A DNA stretch of 64,000 nucleotides, from positions 2,232,001 to 2,296,000 of the forward strand of contig NIVC01000010.1 of the NCBI GenBank assembly GCA_002269645.1, given 5' to 3'. The notes beneath the pieces are model-generated. The model made no database searches and was not told the DNA's origin. It saw only the letters and a list, made by a program, of their open reading frames with translations. Shown in pieces: positions 25,413-55,234 of the stretch. Made by a program: the position numbers and the translations under genes. The number at the start of each line of letters is the position of its first letter. The first letter of the stretch is position 1. The DNA is from Macrostomum lignano. Taxonomy: Eukaryota.

Positions 25413-28317
25413 CAACTGCTATTCTTATCCAAGTGTTGTGAAGAAATTAGCTATATAATACTAAATTTATACTGAGAGTAGAATTGCAAGTGTAAATACA
25501 ATAGATATAAGGATGCAAAAAATATCAGGACAGGATATTAAATTAGCGCTATTGGGTATTTTATTCTCAAATACAATGTCAAGAACTATAAAAATAAACA
25601 ATTTTATCTATATGCTTAAAAGTATATGTTTGCTTTTTAGTAAGTGATATTGCTATAAGCATTTAAAAATGTTAAAGGAATAATATATTGGTTAACTAAA
25701 TACTAAATCAAAAATATTATAAAGATTTAGTAAAATTCTTTCAAAACTTGACAATTTCTCTAAATAACATTTATTTAGAAGCTCAACTCAATTAAATTTA
25801 GTCTTAGTAAGTACAATCAATATAAGCTATATAAGCAATTTAGGCTGTGATGAATATAGGCGTGAAGATAGCTTCTTTGTTGTAGCACATAATTTGATTT
25901 ATTTATGATCCAATAGCCAATTCTACCCTTAGCGAACTTCACAGATTTAATATTTTTAGATTTAGTATAGTTGGATTATTTTGGATAGTTGGATTGGTAC
26001 TAGGCCTAATTTGATGTGTCTAGGGATTTGATGCAACAGCTAAGGGGCCTACAAGCTTGAGTGAGAAGCTGAGCAAAGAAAAAGCAAAGGGAAAGAGCGG
26101 CTGCAATTGCAAGTGTATATTTAGAATAAACATAATAATACTACCCCTAATCCAAAAACTAGACAAACCTCCCATGCACAATGTATATATATAAATTAAT
26201 TGATAAAATATATTGTGTAAGAATATCATAACATCAATACATGTACATAGATAGAACTACTTTATAAGAAATAATAAGGTATATATGAAATATAAATAAT
26301 AAAATAAATAAATTAAAGAATACAAGTATTGTAGTATGATATGCATGCGAGATAAGGAAATATAATAAACATATACTTTAATGAATTACACTGTCACAAG
26401 GCTTTTTATATTTTATAAAAATAAATAGAAAGCTTTTAATATCTAGGAATTTATATTTTTGTTGATTTATTATTATAGAAGTTGCAGAGCTTTTTGTTTA
26501 TTTTTAATTTTTTTGTTTTTGTTGTTTTTTTGATATGGCCTAATAAAAAGGCTTTTATATCTTTTAGCCTCTCTAAAATTAGGCTAAAGCTAAAATTGAT
26601 CATATTGTAGTGACCTTCGCGAAAGTTTGATGCATTTTAATTATTTAATTTCTAGAAATTTCCCCATAGAGTACAAATTAAATTCTTGAAATTTCTCTCA
26701 CAGTAACTAATTTCAATACTCGCATTTATAATTATTCAAAGTATAATTTATTACAGTAAAGCAATACTACAATTAATGCAAATCTAATAGGAATCAATAA
26801 TTAATATTTGTTTTGTTATAATGCTTAGAATTTTCTAGAAGTTTCTGGCGATGCTCCTGGTGGCTATAAATATAATGGTGCCCATAGCGGATAATCTTTA
26901 CTTCCTTACTACTTCTTACTCCGCTGTCTTTTAAACAAATATAACAAGAACCACCACCTAGCTCTTTCCCTTTCTTTAATTTACATTAAACCGTTACAAT
27001 ATACACACATAGACAAACCATTTTTAGTATATGATTTTAGAGAAAACTCTTTTTTATTATATTAGATATGCTATATAAAACTTAAAATTGAAACTATAAG
27101 CATTAGAAATAAGATATTCTCAATCACACAATTTTCTAAGTGATTGGCTGCACATAAATATAGATTTGATAATGTAACTTTATGAGCTACTAATTTTACA
27201 AAAAGTGTAAGATTGATGTTATTGAAATTCTTTACTTATTAGCTAGGCCTACTAGTACCAGTATGAATAAATAAACATAAAATGATGTTGCTACAAAAAT
27301 TTCACATCAAATCAAATCAAGTTAATCAAGTTAGTTAATTAATCAAGCAAAAAGGCTTTTCTACCACTTTCGTATAGTAACTAAGCCTACAATTAAAAAA
27401 AATGGCATAAAAATCGAATTGACTGTTGTTAGTTCTATAGTTTTTTATAGTCTAAATCAAAGACCTTCTTAATTTGCTCATCAGTCAAGCCAACCGTCAA
27501 CCGCCAACGGCGCCAACCGTGCAAGAATTTCTTTTGGATAAAAGAAATGTAATCGACGGACAGGGAAAAGAGCTACGAAATCCTCTTTTTTAGAAAGCCA
27601 ACCCTTAAGTAACTATTAAGTAAGTTAAATTAATTAATAATTCTTATGTTGAGGCAAAAAAGTCTAAGTCAGAATTTCTCAGGTGTGGCAAAAATCATGA
27701 AAAAGTTCTAAGATTCCTCGAGTCGAAATAGATTTGTTAGGAAATAAAAACAAATGGTAAAAATAAAGGACAATATTTTAAGCTTACATTTCAACCTTAA
27801 AAAATAAAAGTACAGCTGTAGGTTATATAAAAATGTCAAAAGGTTGTTGTAAGATAGCTTTTAAAACTTGCATTCAAGAAAGTCACGAAAATATAACGGC
27901 GCAAATACAAATATTCATGTTTTACGCGGATTATAAACCGCGTAAAATGTAATGCTCAACTTTAAATAATACAGATATGCTAGATTATTGGTCATTAGGA
28001 CTATAACCGAGCATCAAGTAAATCAATTGTTATTTTCCTTTATTGGTAAAATTGCGCCACTAAGTTTATGCACCTGTGTGCGCAGATATCTTTTTCATGC
28101 AATTTAATGGTGATTTAAATACTATTCGATTTTCATAACGTCGCTCACAAAAAGGCAATGGAGTGGAGTCTATCTACCTTCAAGCTACATCATTCTATTA
28201 TATTTTATTTGATATAAATGTATCTACGAGTACAAAAAACATACATGCATTTCACTGAGCTAGTGCACTGTACACATATGGCCTACATGTACATGTTAAG
28301 TGCATGGTTGTAATGTA

Positions 28318-28500
28318 GAGTTGTAGCCCAAGTGGTTAGAGCGTCGAGAGTGGTTTGATCTTTGATTCCCGACCCATGCGGAACAATTTCTGTCCTTGAG
28401 CAATAAGACACTTAACTATGAATCGCGCTTCTTTAGTTCACTCAGTTGTATATGCATCGTTTACCATGCAGCATTAGCTGGGGTAAATACATGTACGTCG
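28318..28500 (+). mobile_element. Degenerate tRNA-derived SINE
   Basis: Box A-like TAGCCCAAGTGG (28324-28335), then TGTCCTTGAGCAATAAGACACTTAAC resembling the conserved central domain of CORE/V-type SINEs; box B is decayed. Confidence 0.55.
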
Positions 28501-29080
28501 AGCGACAAGCTACGGCTGAACTTTCAGCTGCACATCTGCCCGTTAGCTAGGGCACATTTAATATAAAATATTTATTAGTTATACAAAGCAGGTACTGTAC
28601 ACATGGGTCAACATGGACGCAACCAATTTAGTCTTTTAGCGCCATGAAGAGATGGAAATGGAATTAGAAAGACGCGTCGTAACCAGCTGTGTATGTCTAA
28701 CTGGCAAGTTTCATGCAGCATCCAGCAAGAGCATATAATGGTCATATGGCTCAACTTGTAATATCTGTAAAAGTTTTAGGCACATGTAATAATTGTATAT
28801 CATCTTCATGTCAAACGATGTTGTATATTTGCTAAATAGACACACGCAGAAAAATTCTTACAGGGCATTATAAATTTCAATATTTTCAATTGGTTTTCTA
28901 CTCGAAAATTATGCTCTATCCAGCTAGAATACATAAACATTTGGCTTCTAGTACCTCAGATATGCATGTTATATACGCATACTTTTAAATAAATTTTGGC
29001 GTTTTTCGCAAAGTACATTAAAATGTGTGCTGTTTTTTTCATGCCATCCTTCTGCATTATAGTTTTTTTCCTGCCCCCGG

Positions 29081-29330
29081 TCAAACAGCTCTGGCTTGCA
29101 AGAATCGAGTTGCCCTGGCTTTAGCAATGCGCTCATCCTCGCTGACCCATTCCGGGTCGACAGCGTACTCTCTGGGCGGCACCTCGAACTGGTCAACTTG
29201 CCGGAACATGGTCTTCATTGTGGCGTTCCAGTCTTCGGTGCTCGAACTGCTCACTTTCGGCGTGGACACTCGCATCTCGCGACTGTAGCTCTGGGCCTCC
29301 TGGTCCGGTCTGGTGGGTTCAGTTAAGTTT
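29081..29330 (-). CDS. Probable terminal coding exon (…MKTMFRQVDQFEVPPREYAVDPEWVSEDERIAKARATRFLQARAV*), possibly of the gene starting at 31620
   Basis: GC-rich open frame in an AT-rich context; the splice connection to upstream exons could not be fixed. Confidence 0.45.
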
Positions 29331-30050
29331 GCTTGCAGCTGCATGCATACTGAGTCAGGCAAATCAAATCTTAGGAATTTAGGACTGCCACACGTAGTTG
29401 ACTAAGCATGCAGTCAACTACGTGTATGTCTAAACTCGAAATGGATATATGCATCATGTACAGTTTGTTCAGCGCTTAGCTTAGAATATGAAGGTAGCAA
29501 CTCGGTGAAGCCTACCATTATACAGCCTCGGGGCGGATATATAACTCTCGATAACTCTTGATCAACAGCTTTAATTAGTGTGCTACTCGATAACGCAAAT
29601 ATTAATTTTCACATTTCATTGACAGGTCAAACGTCGGATTGCTGCACGGGCCCTTGAGCCCTTGAATTTGTGCGTAATTAAGTACTTTTTTATTTATTAG
29701 AGGCAGGGGCTGCAGTGTGCACCTGGCGCACTTAAAAGCAACATTGTCACACAACCAGCGAGAGGCATTACTGCCCATTCCGCCGACTCCCCTGGGCAGG
29801 CACACAAGCGCAAGGATACGTACGCAGTCATACGCACAGGCGGCCTAAACTTCATTTATCATTAGTAATGTACACTTCCCTGTTCCTTGGGAATTGGCCC
29901 TCAAAGGCGTTAATTGCACGAGCAGAGCCAAGCCGGATTCTAATTTAGCCCCAAATTAATGGGACTGCACTTGGAATCGGAGCCACATCAGGCACATCAG
30001 AGCGCCGCTCTACCTAATAAGCACTTTAAGAATCTGTATAGACGACTCAC

Positions 30051-31620
30051 TTGAGCACCACAGCTTCCCAGTCACCAAGCTGAGAAGTCCTATACTGGGC
30101 CGTGTCGGGCCTTGGCGAATTCCAGTGCGGCGCCAGCACGTTGTTTCGATTCAACGCGTTGAATTGGAATTCACTTTTCGGCGGTCGAATTGTCACCTCG
30201 GTGTAATATTTCAAGTCGTCGAGGCACGGATCTGGCTGTTGGATGTGCGACGGTTTTAGAAAGCGTTGCGGCCGATGACTGATGGCTCCGCTGGCCGGGT
30301 CGGTGCGAGCAGCTGGCTCGCCTCGGCTTTCAAAGAATTCGTTTCGAATGCGTTTGGTTCCTGTGGGGGCAAGGAGAAGTCGCTTGAAATTGCAGTACCT
30401 TAGCAAGTTGCACTTGGATGTTAGGGTGCCAGGAGTAATGAAAATTGGTATGGGTAAGTGTCGAATTTGGTGACCGCCAGTGCTCAGTTGGATGCAAACA
30501 AGCAGTGAATTGTTTGTCCTAATGATGAATGGGATGTCGAGTCAGAGGAGTGTCGACTTCAGTGTCACGGGAGGGTCGAATCCAATGTCAGGGGAGTATC
30601 AAATCCGATTTCAGGGGAGTATCAAATCCGATGTTAGGGGAGTGTCAAATCCGATGTCAGGGGAGTGTCAAATCCGATGTCAGGGGAGTATCAAATCCGA
30701 TGTCAGATGAGTGTCAAATCCGATGTGAGTGTCAAATCCGATGTCAGGGGAGTATCAAATCCGATGTCAGATGAGTGTCAAATCCGGTGTCAGATGAGTG
30801 GCAAATCCGATGTGAGTGTCAAATCCGATGTCAGGGGAGTGTCAAATCCGATTTCAGGGGAGTGTCAAATCCGATGTGAGTGTCAAATCCAGTGTCAGAT
30901 GAGTGTCAAATCCGGTGTCAGATGAGTGTCAAATCCGATTTCAGGGGAGTGTCAAATCCGATGTGAGTGTCAAATCCAGTGTCAGATGAGTGTCAAATCT
31001 AATGTGAGTGTCAAATCCAGTGTCAGATGAGTGGCAAATCCGATTTCAGATGAGTGTCAAATCCGGTGTCAGATGAGTGTCAAATCCGGTGTCAGATGAG
31101 TGTCAAATCCGGTGTCAGATGAGTGTCAAATCTGGTGTCAGATGAGTGTCAAATCTGGTGTCAGATGAGTGTCAAATCCGATGTCAGATGAGTGTCAAAT
31201 CCGGTGTCAGATGAGTGTCAAATCCGATGTCAGATGAGTGTCAAATCCATTGTCAGATGAGTGTCAAATCCGATGTCAGGGTGTGTCAAATACGATGTGA
31301 GTGTCAAATCCGGTGTCAGATGAGTGTAAAATCCGATTTCAGGGGAGTGTCAAATCCGATGTCAGGGGAGTGTCAAATCCGATGTCAGGGGAGTGTCAAA
31401 TCCAATGTCAGGGGAGTGTCAAATCCGGTGTCAGGGAGTGCACATTACTGCACCTTCAGCAAACAGTACTTTTATAGTTCTGTTGCCATGCCAAACGTCA
31501 CCCGACTGTTTTACTACAGCAGCGTTAATTCGTTGAAATATCTGTGACAAACTTACGCGATCTAATGCGATCAAGTTCCTGCATCTTGGCATGAACTTTT
31601 GGTGTTCTATCAGATGCCAT
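30051..31620 (-). CDS. Orphan gene, first three exons (MASDRTPKVHAKMQELDRIRS-LKQSGDVWHGNRTIKVLFAE-GTKRIRNEFF...)
   Basis: Exons 31620-31557, 31513-31454, 30360-30051, phase-consistent with GT-AG sites; 43-nt intron 1; intron 2 holds a satellite; 3' end unresolved. Confidence 0.6.
30578..31438. repeat. Mixed 23/18-bp minisatellite (core GAGTGTCAAATCCGATGT)
   Basis: Direct tandem copies with interspersed 18-bp deletion variants. Confidence 0.93.
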
Positions 31621-33354
31621 GTTTATATTGCTCTATTGTTTGTCGATCGCTACACGTAAAAACTACAGTGGCTGCTGTGGCGGTTTTAGTTGAACTGTTT
31701 AACAGTTTAAGATGAAAGACCCGAAAGAAAAGAGCAAGCAAACTTATAAGCAGCTGGTAAGCACTGCGGCAACAAATGTACATCAATTTGGATTCCATGC
31801 AGCAGAACAAGAGAGCAGATGAGAGGCAACAAGTGTTCAACTTCTTATTGTGTTCATTTTATAGTTTTTGCTTGAGATTTATATAACGAGAGACACTGAG
31901 GTTTGCCCGTCTGTGCAGACGATGCCAAAGAATGAAGCTTACAGACTCCGTATCCGAGTGTACTGCTACAATATTTGCTTGAATTTCAGTTCATTTTTCA
32001 CTACTATACTATCTTAGTTCGAAATATAAGCATTTTTCAAGCTATTAGAAAGTGCGAGCAAGGAATTTAATAATCGATTGGAAAGTTTTGTGCAAGGAGT
32101 TCTATAATTAACAACCTGGAGTGTGGAAGCGAGTTTTACCTCATGAGGCCACGCCAATTGTAAAGATAAGGCTAGCACTGAATGTCTATGGCTTTGTCTG
32201 ACTCTGCCTATGCTAGTCTGGCCTAATGAGGTAAAACTGAAACACGTTTCCACTCCAGGTTGCTAATTATAGAACTCCTTGGTTTTGTGGAGTCATTTAT
32301 TGTCTATGGTCGAAACCATGATCACTTTATGTAAAGTTTTGGATGCATTTTAATTATTTTCATATTTATTTTTCCATTGATTTCTTCGATCATTAGAGAA
32401 TCGAAATGACAGTTATTCATAGTTATAATTAATTTTATGCGCTTAACATCGTGAAAGATTTACTATAAGTAGAGTGTCGTCTGAAAATTATACGTAAACA
32501 TGCAAACATCGAAATTAACGGTCACCCCCAGCCCCAGAGCCCCAAAGTCAATGCTCGAGCTAGGGTGCCTGCCGGTTTGCAATTTTGCAGAGCCACCTTA
32601 AATAATTGAAAAGAATTTTAGCGAGGTTGAATAAATAAAACAAATAAATGACAGTATAACGAAGGACAGTGATGAATTGCTACGTTACAATGCATGCTTT
32701 CTTAAATAAGAAATGCATTCCGAGCTCAAAACTCCGAGTGTTTGTGAGTTATGAGTATAATGGTATACATATGATTCGTATTCCCGAAATGGAGAACACC
32801 CTAGCTCGTGAAGCTTGGAGAAAGGCTACAAAATATGAATGTACATTACGCTGAATGAATGTACATTCTATACTCGTACCGAAGTGTACACTGAAGACTG
32901 CCCCACCCAAGAAGGCGGAAAAGTTTTTACAAAATGCTCGAGTTGTGCATTCACGCAGCCGAAATACTGGAGTAGAGAGAGACGAACGAGACTGAATGAA
33001 TGAATGAATGAAGAGGAGAGACTTTGCTAGACAGAAAAATGCAGGGGTGCCGTGTGGGCTGGCAGCAAACCTACCGCTTGAGCTGTGTGAAGAGTTGCAG
33101 ATTTTTTTGTTTTACTACGCGTTTTGGCCACAATAAATTAAAAGGTTTTAAGCTGGTTAAGAAGATACACAGCTAACATTTATTAGTATATTAGAAGACA
33201 GTTAAGTTCATCTTGCAGTCAAAGCAATTTTATTTGCCATTGAGAAAGGCCTCTAAGCCTTGAAACATGTCGAACTGATTTTAATAACAGTTTAGAATAT
33301 TTTTATCATACTTGCTTTAAGTTTTAGAGCTGTTTTAGAAGTTAATAACTAAAT

Positions 33355-34765
33355 ATGTCGGCCTTTGAAGGACTGGAGCAGCTGAAGAAAAAGGTGCAAG
33401 CAATGAGAACTGAACTCGATCAGAAAAATGACGAGTTGGACGAGAAAAAAGCCAAGTTAAAGGTGAGCAATTAGATTTGAGCATCTAGTTCGCTTTTCTC
33501 AATCTCCAAGGCATCTCATAATTTACACTAGCTGCTAATGCATTTTTATTGCATCTCCTAATGCATCTTCTAATGCATCTTCTAATGCATCTTCTAATGC
33601 ATCTCTTTATGCATCTTCTAATGCATCACCTAAGGCACATCCTAATACATCTCCTAATGCATCTCCTAATGCACATCCTAATGCATCTCCTAATGCATCT
33701 TCTAATGCATCTCTTTATGCATCTTCTAATACATCTCCTAATGCATCTCCTAATGTACATTCCTAACGCGTCTCCTTATGTATCTCTTTACGCATCTTCT
33801 AATGTATTGCCTAATTTATCTTCTAATGAATCTTCCTATGCATCCCTTTGGTATCTCATAATGTTTACTCCTAATGTATCTTCTTATAATGCACCCCATG
33901 ACCGCTTTCAACTCGTCTGTGCCTTAGAGGTTGGAGCTGATGGCTGTGAAAATCGCGCGACAACCCCCGCTAACGAATTTTCGTGCACGTGAAATGAATG
34001 GAATGGAACCGGTGGTCGCTGAGAGAGAGAGAGAGCGAGTCAGACGCTTTTCCATTTTTCACAAATTTTCTTCGTTTATCACAATCTCCCAACTTTGATT
34101 TCCCCTCGCCACAGGAGGAGCGCCAGAAGTCCGCCGCATATCAATCCGATGTCGACGAGTTGCAGCGTCGGCTAACAAAGCTGGAGTCGGACAAAGCGAC
34201 TGCTGAGGACCGTTTGGCAACCATCGAGAGCCGCCTCGCTGAAGAGTCGGCCAGAGCCGAAACTGCAGAACGACTGCGCCTCGACACGGAGAAGTCCGGA
34301 GTCGAACGCGAAGAACGCCAGGAGGAGTTGACCAAACGATTGAAAGAGTCGCGCAGTCGAGCCGAAGAAATCCAACGCAGCATCGACGAGTGGACGCGCA
34401 AGCTCAGAGCCGCCGAGAGCGCCCTGGATCGCGCCCTCGAGCTGGCATCCACAGCCGAGTTCGAAGCGGCAGATTTGGAGTCGGAGAACTCCGCTAGCAT
34501 CCAGCAGCTGAGATCGTTGGAACAGCAGGAACGCGCTGCCATGGAACGGGAGGACGAACTCGACCAGGAGGCCCATCGGCTCGAGCAGATTCTTGCTGAG
34601 ACCGAGCAACGCTGCCAACTGGCTGAGAAGGAGTGCCTGAAGAAGAACAAAGAGATGGACAAAATCCGCAATGAGATTGCCAGAGACCAGCAGCTGATCG
34701 ACTCGCTCGAAGAGGAACTACGTCGAGGAGTGATGGAGATTCAGCTCAATCAGGAAGCTGGATAA
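33355..34765 (+). CDS. Divergent tropomyosin-like coiled-coil protein, 252 aa, 2 exons
   Basis: Exon 33355-33462 (MSAFEGLEQLKKKVQAMRTELD..., donor GTGAGC) plus exon 34115-34765 (acceptor CCCCTCGCCACAG). Heptad pattern with tropomyosin-like EESARAETAE and QLRSLEQQERAAMEREDEL; length matches the short tropomyosin class. Confidence 0.85.
33550..33870. repeat. 12-bp minisatellite (CTAATGCATCT[T/C]) in the tropomyosin intron
   Basis: Direct observation; decays rightwards. Confidence 0.9.
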
Positions 34766-35030
34766 ATTTGCATAGTTCCGGTTGCCTAAGTGTGGGCATT
34801 AAATTAACTGCTTATAACTATTAATTATTTCTAGGAAAGTATTGGCAAAAAAGCATTCATTCATCTGTGATAGGAATCTGTCAAATCATGCCATCGTCAT
34901 TCAGCGATGTCACAGGCATAAAAATTCTTTCACAAAAAGTCATTATATAGACCTTATAGAAATTTACTTATTCAGTTAAAGTTGATATTCAAATCGATGA
35001 AGTCGAGAATCTGCATTGTCTGCAGTAGGA

Positions 35031-35332
35031 CACTCGGCCACACTCGGCCACACTCGGCCACACTCGGCTATACTTGGCCCCACTTGGCCAAACTTGGCCA
35101 CACCCGGCCACACTTGGCCACACTCGGCCACACTCGGCCACACTTGGCTAAACTCGGCCACACCCAGCCACACTTGGCCAAACTCGGCCACACTCGGCCA
35201 CACTCGGCCACACCCAGCCACACTTGGCCACACTCGGCAACACTCGGCAATAATCGGCCACACTCAGCCACACTCGGCCACACTCGGCAACACTCGGCCA
35301 CACTCGGCCAAACTCGGCCACACTCGGCCACA
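35031..35332. repeat. 10-bp minisatellite (CACTCGGCCA)
   Basis: Direct observation. Confidence 0.95.
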
Positions 35333-36044
35333 CTCTTGTTTGGCTTTATTGTCTATGGCCGAGAGCAGTTCTGCAGCATATAGATGAAAACCCCGGGGTT
35401 AATACCATAGACTATGGCCCAGAGCAGCCCAGTGTCTGTGGCCTAAACCCCGGATTAACGAATTGGGATCCGATCCATTCGATCCGCTCTGATTATCAAC
35501 TTCACTGACAAAAGCAATGCCAATTCAGATGCTTTTTGTTCCGAGTAATTGCAGCACCAACAAGTTTTGCCTAATACTACTAGAAATATCCAAGTATCCA
35601 TTTCACAATTAAATGCTGTTTTGCTTGGAATGCTTTCAAACATTTTTTCACATTTCTGTGACACAATTTTTTTTTAGTATATCTATAGCAGCTTAGAGAA
35701 TTTGACGCCACGAACTGAGTTCGTTCCATCTGGTATGGAGAATTGTCGATATTTTCCAGTAAGTTGAACTGGATTGGATGGATCAAACCCAATTCAAGTG
35801 ATATTTCCCAGTGACAATTCCTAATTCCTAACTAAAGACACGTGATGCTACCATTACAAATAAAATGCGTACTCTCGTAATCTGTTTTCATCAGCCTCAT
35901 CAACTCATACAGTTGCTTTACTATAAAGCACTGAAATTATTATTGTTTGAAAGAACACAAAAAATATATAAAGTATTCTTTACGTGCTTGTCTCAAATAC
36001 ACATTAATTTCACTATGCTACCTATGTAATGTTACTTGATTGGG

Positions 36045-36118
<74 letters not shown>
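36045..36118. repeat. (CTA)n microsatellite
   Basis: Direct observation. Confidence 0.95.
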
Positions 36119-36120
<2 letters not shown>

Positions 36121-37120
36121 TTGAAAATAACAAACATCTATTTGTTATTATTTCGGTGTCATTCTTGTAATAAGCTGCATGTAATTTTATAATTAGTTTG
36201 TACGAGCTTATCTCAAAAAACAGGTCACAACATCACGAACGCAAAAGGTATAGAAGAGATTAAAATACAAGATGTATAAATATTGTTTGAAAAATGTTTT
36301 AAAGAAACATTTCGTCGCACGCACATGGATATCATTGACATTTGTCACTTAGCTGTGCAGGGATCAAAGAGAAAATGAGGTACGGGTACCATATGACGCC
36401 TTTATTTTGATACAAGACACACTAAAAAATATGCTAGATTAATATTACTGGGTTTAGGCTATTATATGTGCTACTATTTAGTACTATTGCTAGGTAGAGC
36501 ATAAAAACGTTTATGAAAATGATAAAAAACTATGTCCTAAAAAACTACTGAGAAAGTAGTATATAAATGTAGAAATGATTACCGCGTACATTGGAGGTTG
36601 CAGAGGCTTATAATAGATATTTAAAATCGCATTTCTTGATCCAAATTTTCAGTAGAACTGAGAACAGTGTAGCAATATTACTATAACTAATGGTAAAGCA
36701 ATTTGCGGTGGTTATAAATAGGAAACAATTGACAAAAGTACAGACATTTGCTACTTCAGCTGTAAGAGTATGTCAATTCTTTGAAAAATCGTTCAATTAA
36801 AAATCATATTTTGAACAGAGTTCAAGACGTTTGCCCCTAATATAAAAAGTTAGTACTCAAAACGACGCGGAGAAAAGTAAATAAAGTGGTGTTAAATAGG
36901 CATTTTAAATTTTGCAAGACTGCAACAAAACAAAAAAAAACTTTTGATAGGCAGTAAATTAGGTTACGAAATTAAAATATAAATAAGTTAACTGCAAAAA
37001 TAACAATTGAGACCGTTATAATAATTTTGTTACATATTCTTAGGATTTTTTGAGAAGTTTTGTAGACTGTAAGCAGGAAATGTATTTGAAGAGGGGAACC
37101 CTTAAGAGCACCAATATTTG

Positions 37121-37585
37121 GTCTCTTGGTGGGCGTCACTGTCTCTTGGTGGGCGTCACTGTCTCTTGGTGGGCGTCACTGTCTCTTGGTGGGCGTCACT
37201 GTATCTTGGTGGGCGCCACTGTCTCTTGGTGGGCGTCACTGTCTCTTGGTGGGCGTCACTGCCTCTTGGTGGGCGTCACTGTATCTTGGTGGGCGTCACT
37301 GTCTCTTGGTGGGCGTCACTGTCTCTTGGTGGGCGTCACTGTCTCTTGGTGGGCGTCACTGTATCTTGGTGGGCGTCACTGTCTCTTGGTGGGCGTCACT
37401 GTCTCTTGGTGGGCGTCACTGTCTCTTGGTGGGCGCCCCTGTCTCTTGGTGGGCGCCCCTGTCTCTTGGTGGGCGCCCCTGTCTCTTGTGGGCGCGCCCC
37501 TGTCTCTTGGTGGGCGCCCCTGTCTCTTGGTGGGCGCCCCCGTCTCTTGGTGGGCGCCCCCGTCTCTTGGTGGGCGCCCTGTCTC
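37121..37585. repeat. 20-bp minisatellite (GTCTCTTGGTGGGCG[TCACT/CCCCT]), reverse-complement relative of the array at 281-5970
   Basis: Reverse complement AGGGGCGCCCACCAAGAGAC matches the first units at 281-420. Confidence 0.93.
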
Positions 37586-37961
37586 CTAAGCCGTGGAATG
37601 TCAGCTCCAAGGTATCAAAAGGAGTTGAGCTTGGTCTCACATTTTCACTTTGTTTTTTTGTAGAGGAGTTCAGCTTGTGGTCGCGAATCACGGGGTAGCA
37701 AAAGTGATCTCACATCAAATTAAAGCATCATTACACTGCAGAGCTTACTTGAATATAAAAATGGTTAAAATTGAACAGAATTTCGCAAGCATAATCGTAG
37801 CTACTCGTACAATGTAAATATAGTAGTCTTTGAAGTTGTAACCCTTTAGCTAAACCTAGGACTTTTGCGACTATGAAACATGTACTTATTTTTGTACCTG
37901 TAGGTTACTCCTGTATATACCCCCCTCGTATTTAATGATTATTCTTTGAAAAATCAGCTGC

Positions 37962-55234
<17,273 letters not shown>

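Noticed and set aside
26030-26200. GCNCK motif suggestive of a transposase or integrase C-terminal Cys cluster
   Set aside because: The remaining Cys/His ligands are absent and the surrounding frames are full of stops.
35351-35460. GTCTATGG...CCATAGAC inverted 8-mers with a partial tandem duplicate
   Set aside because: Too short and no TSD, so it cannot be called a MITE from this window alone.
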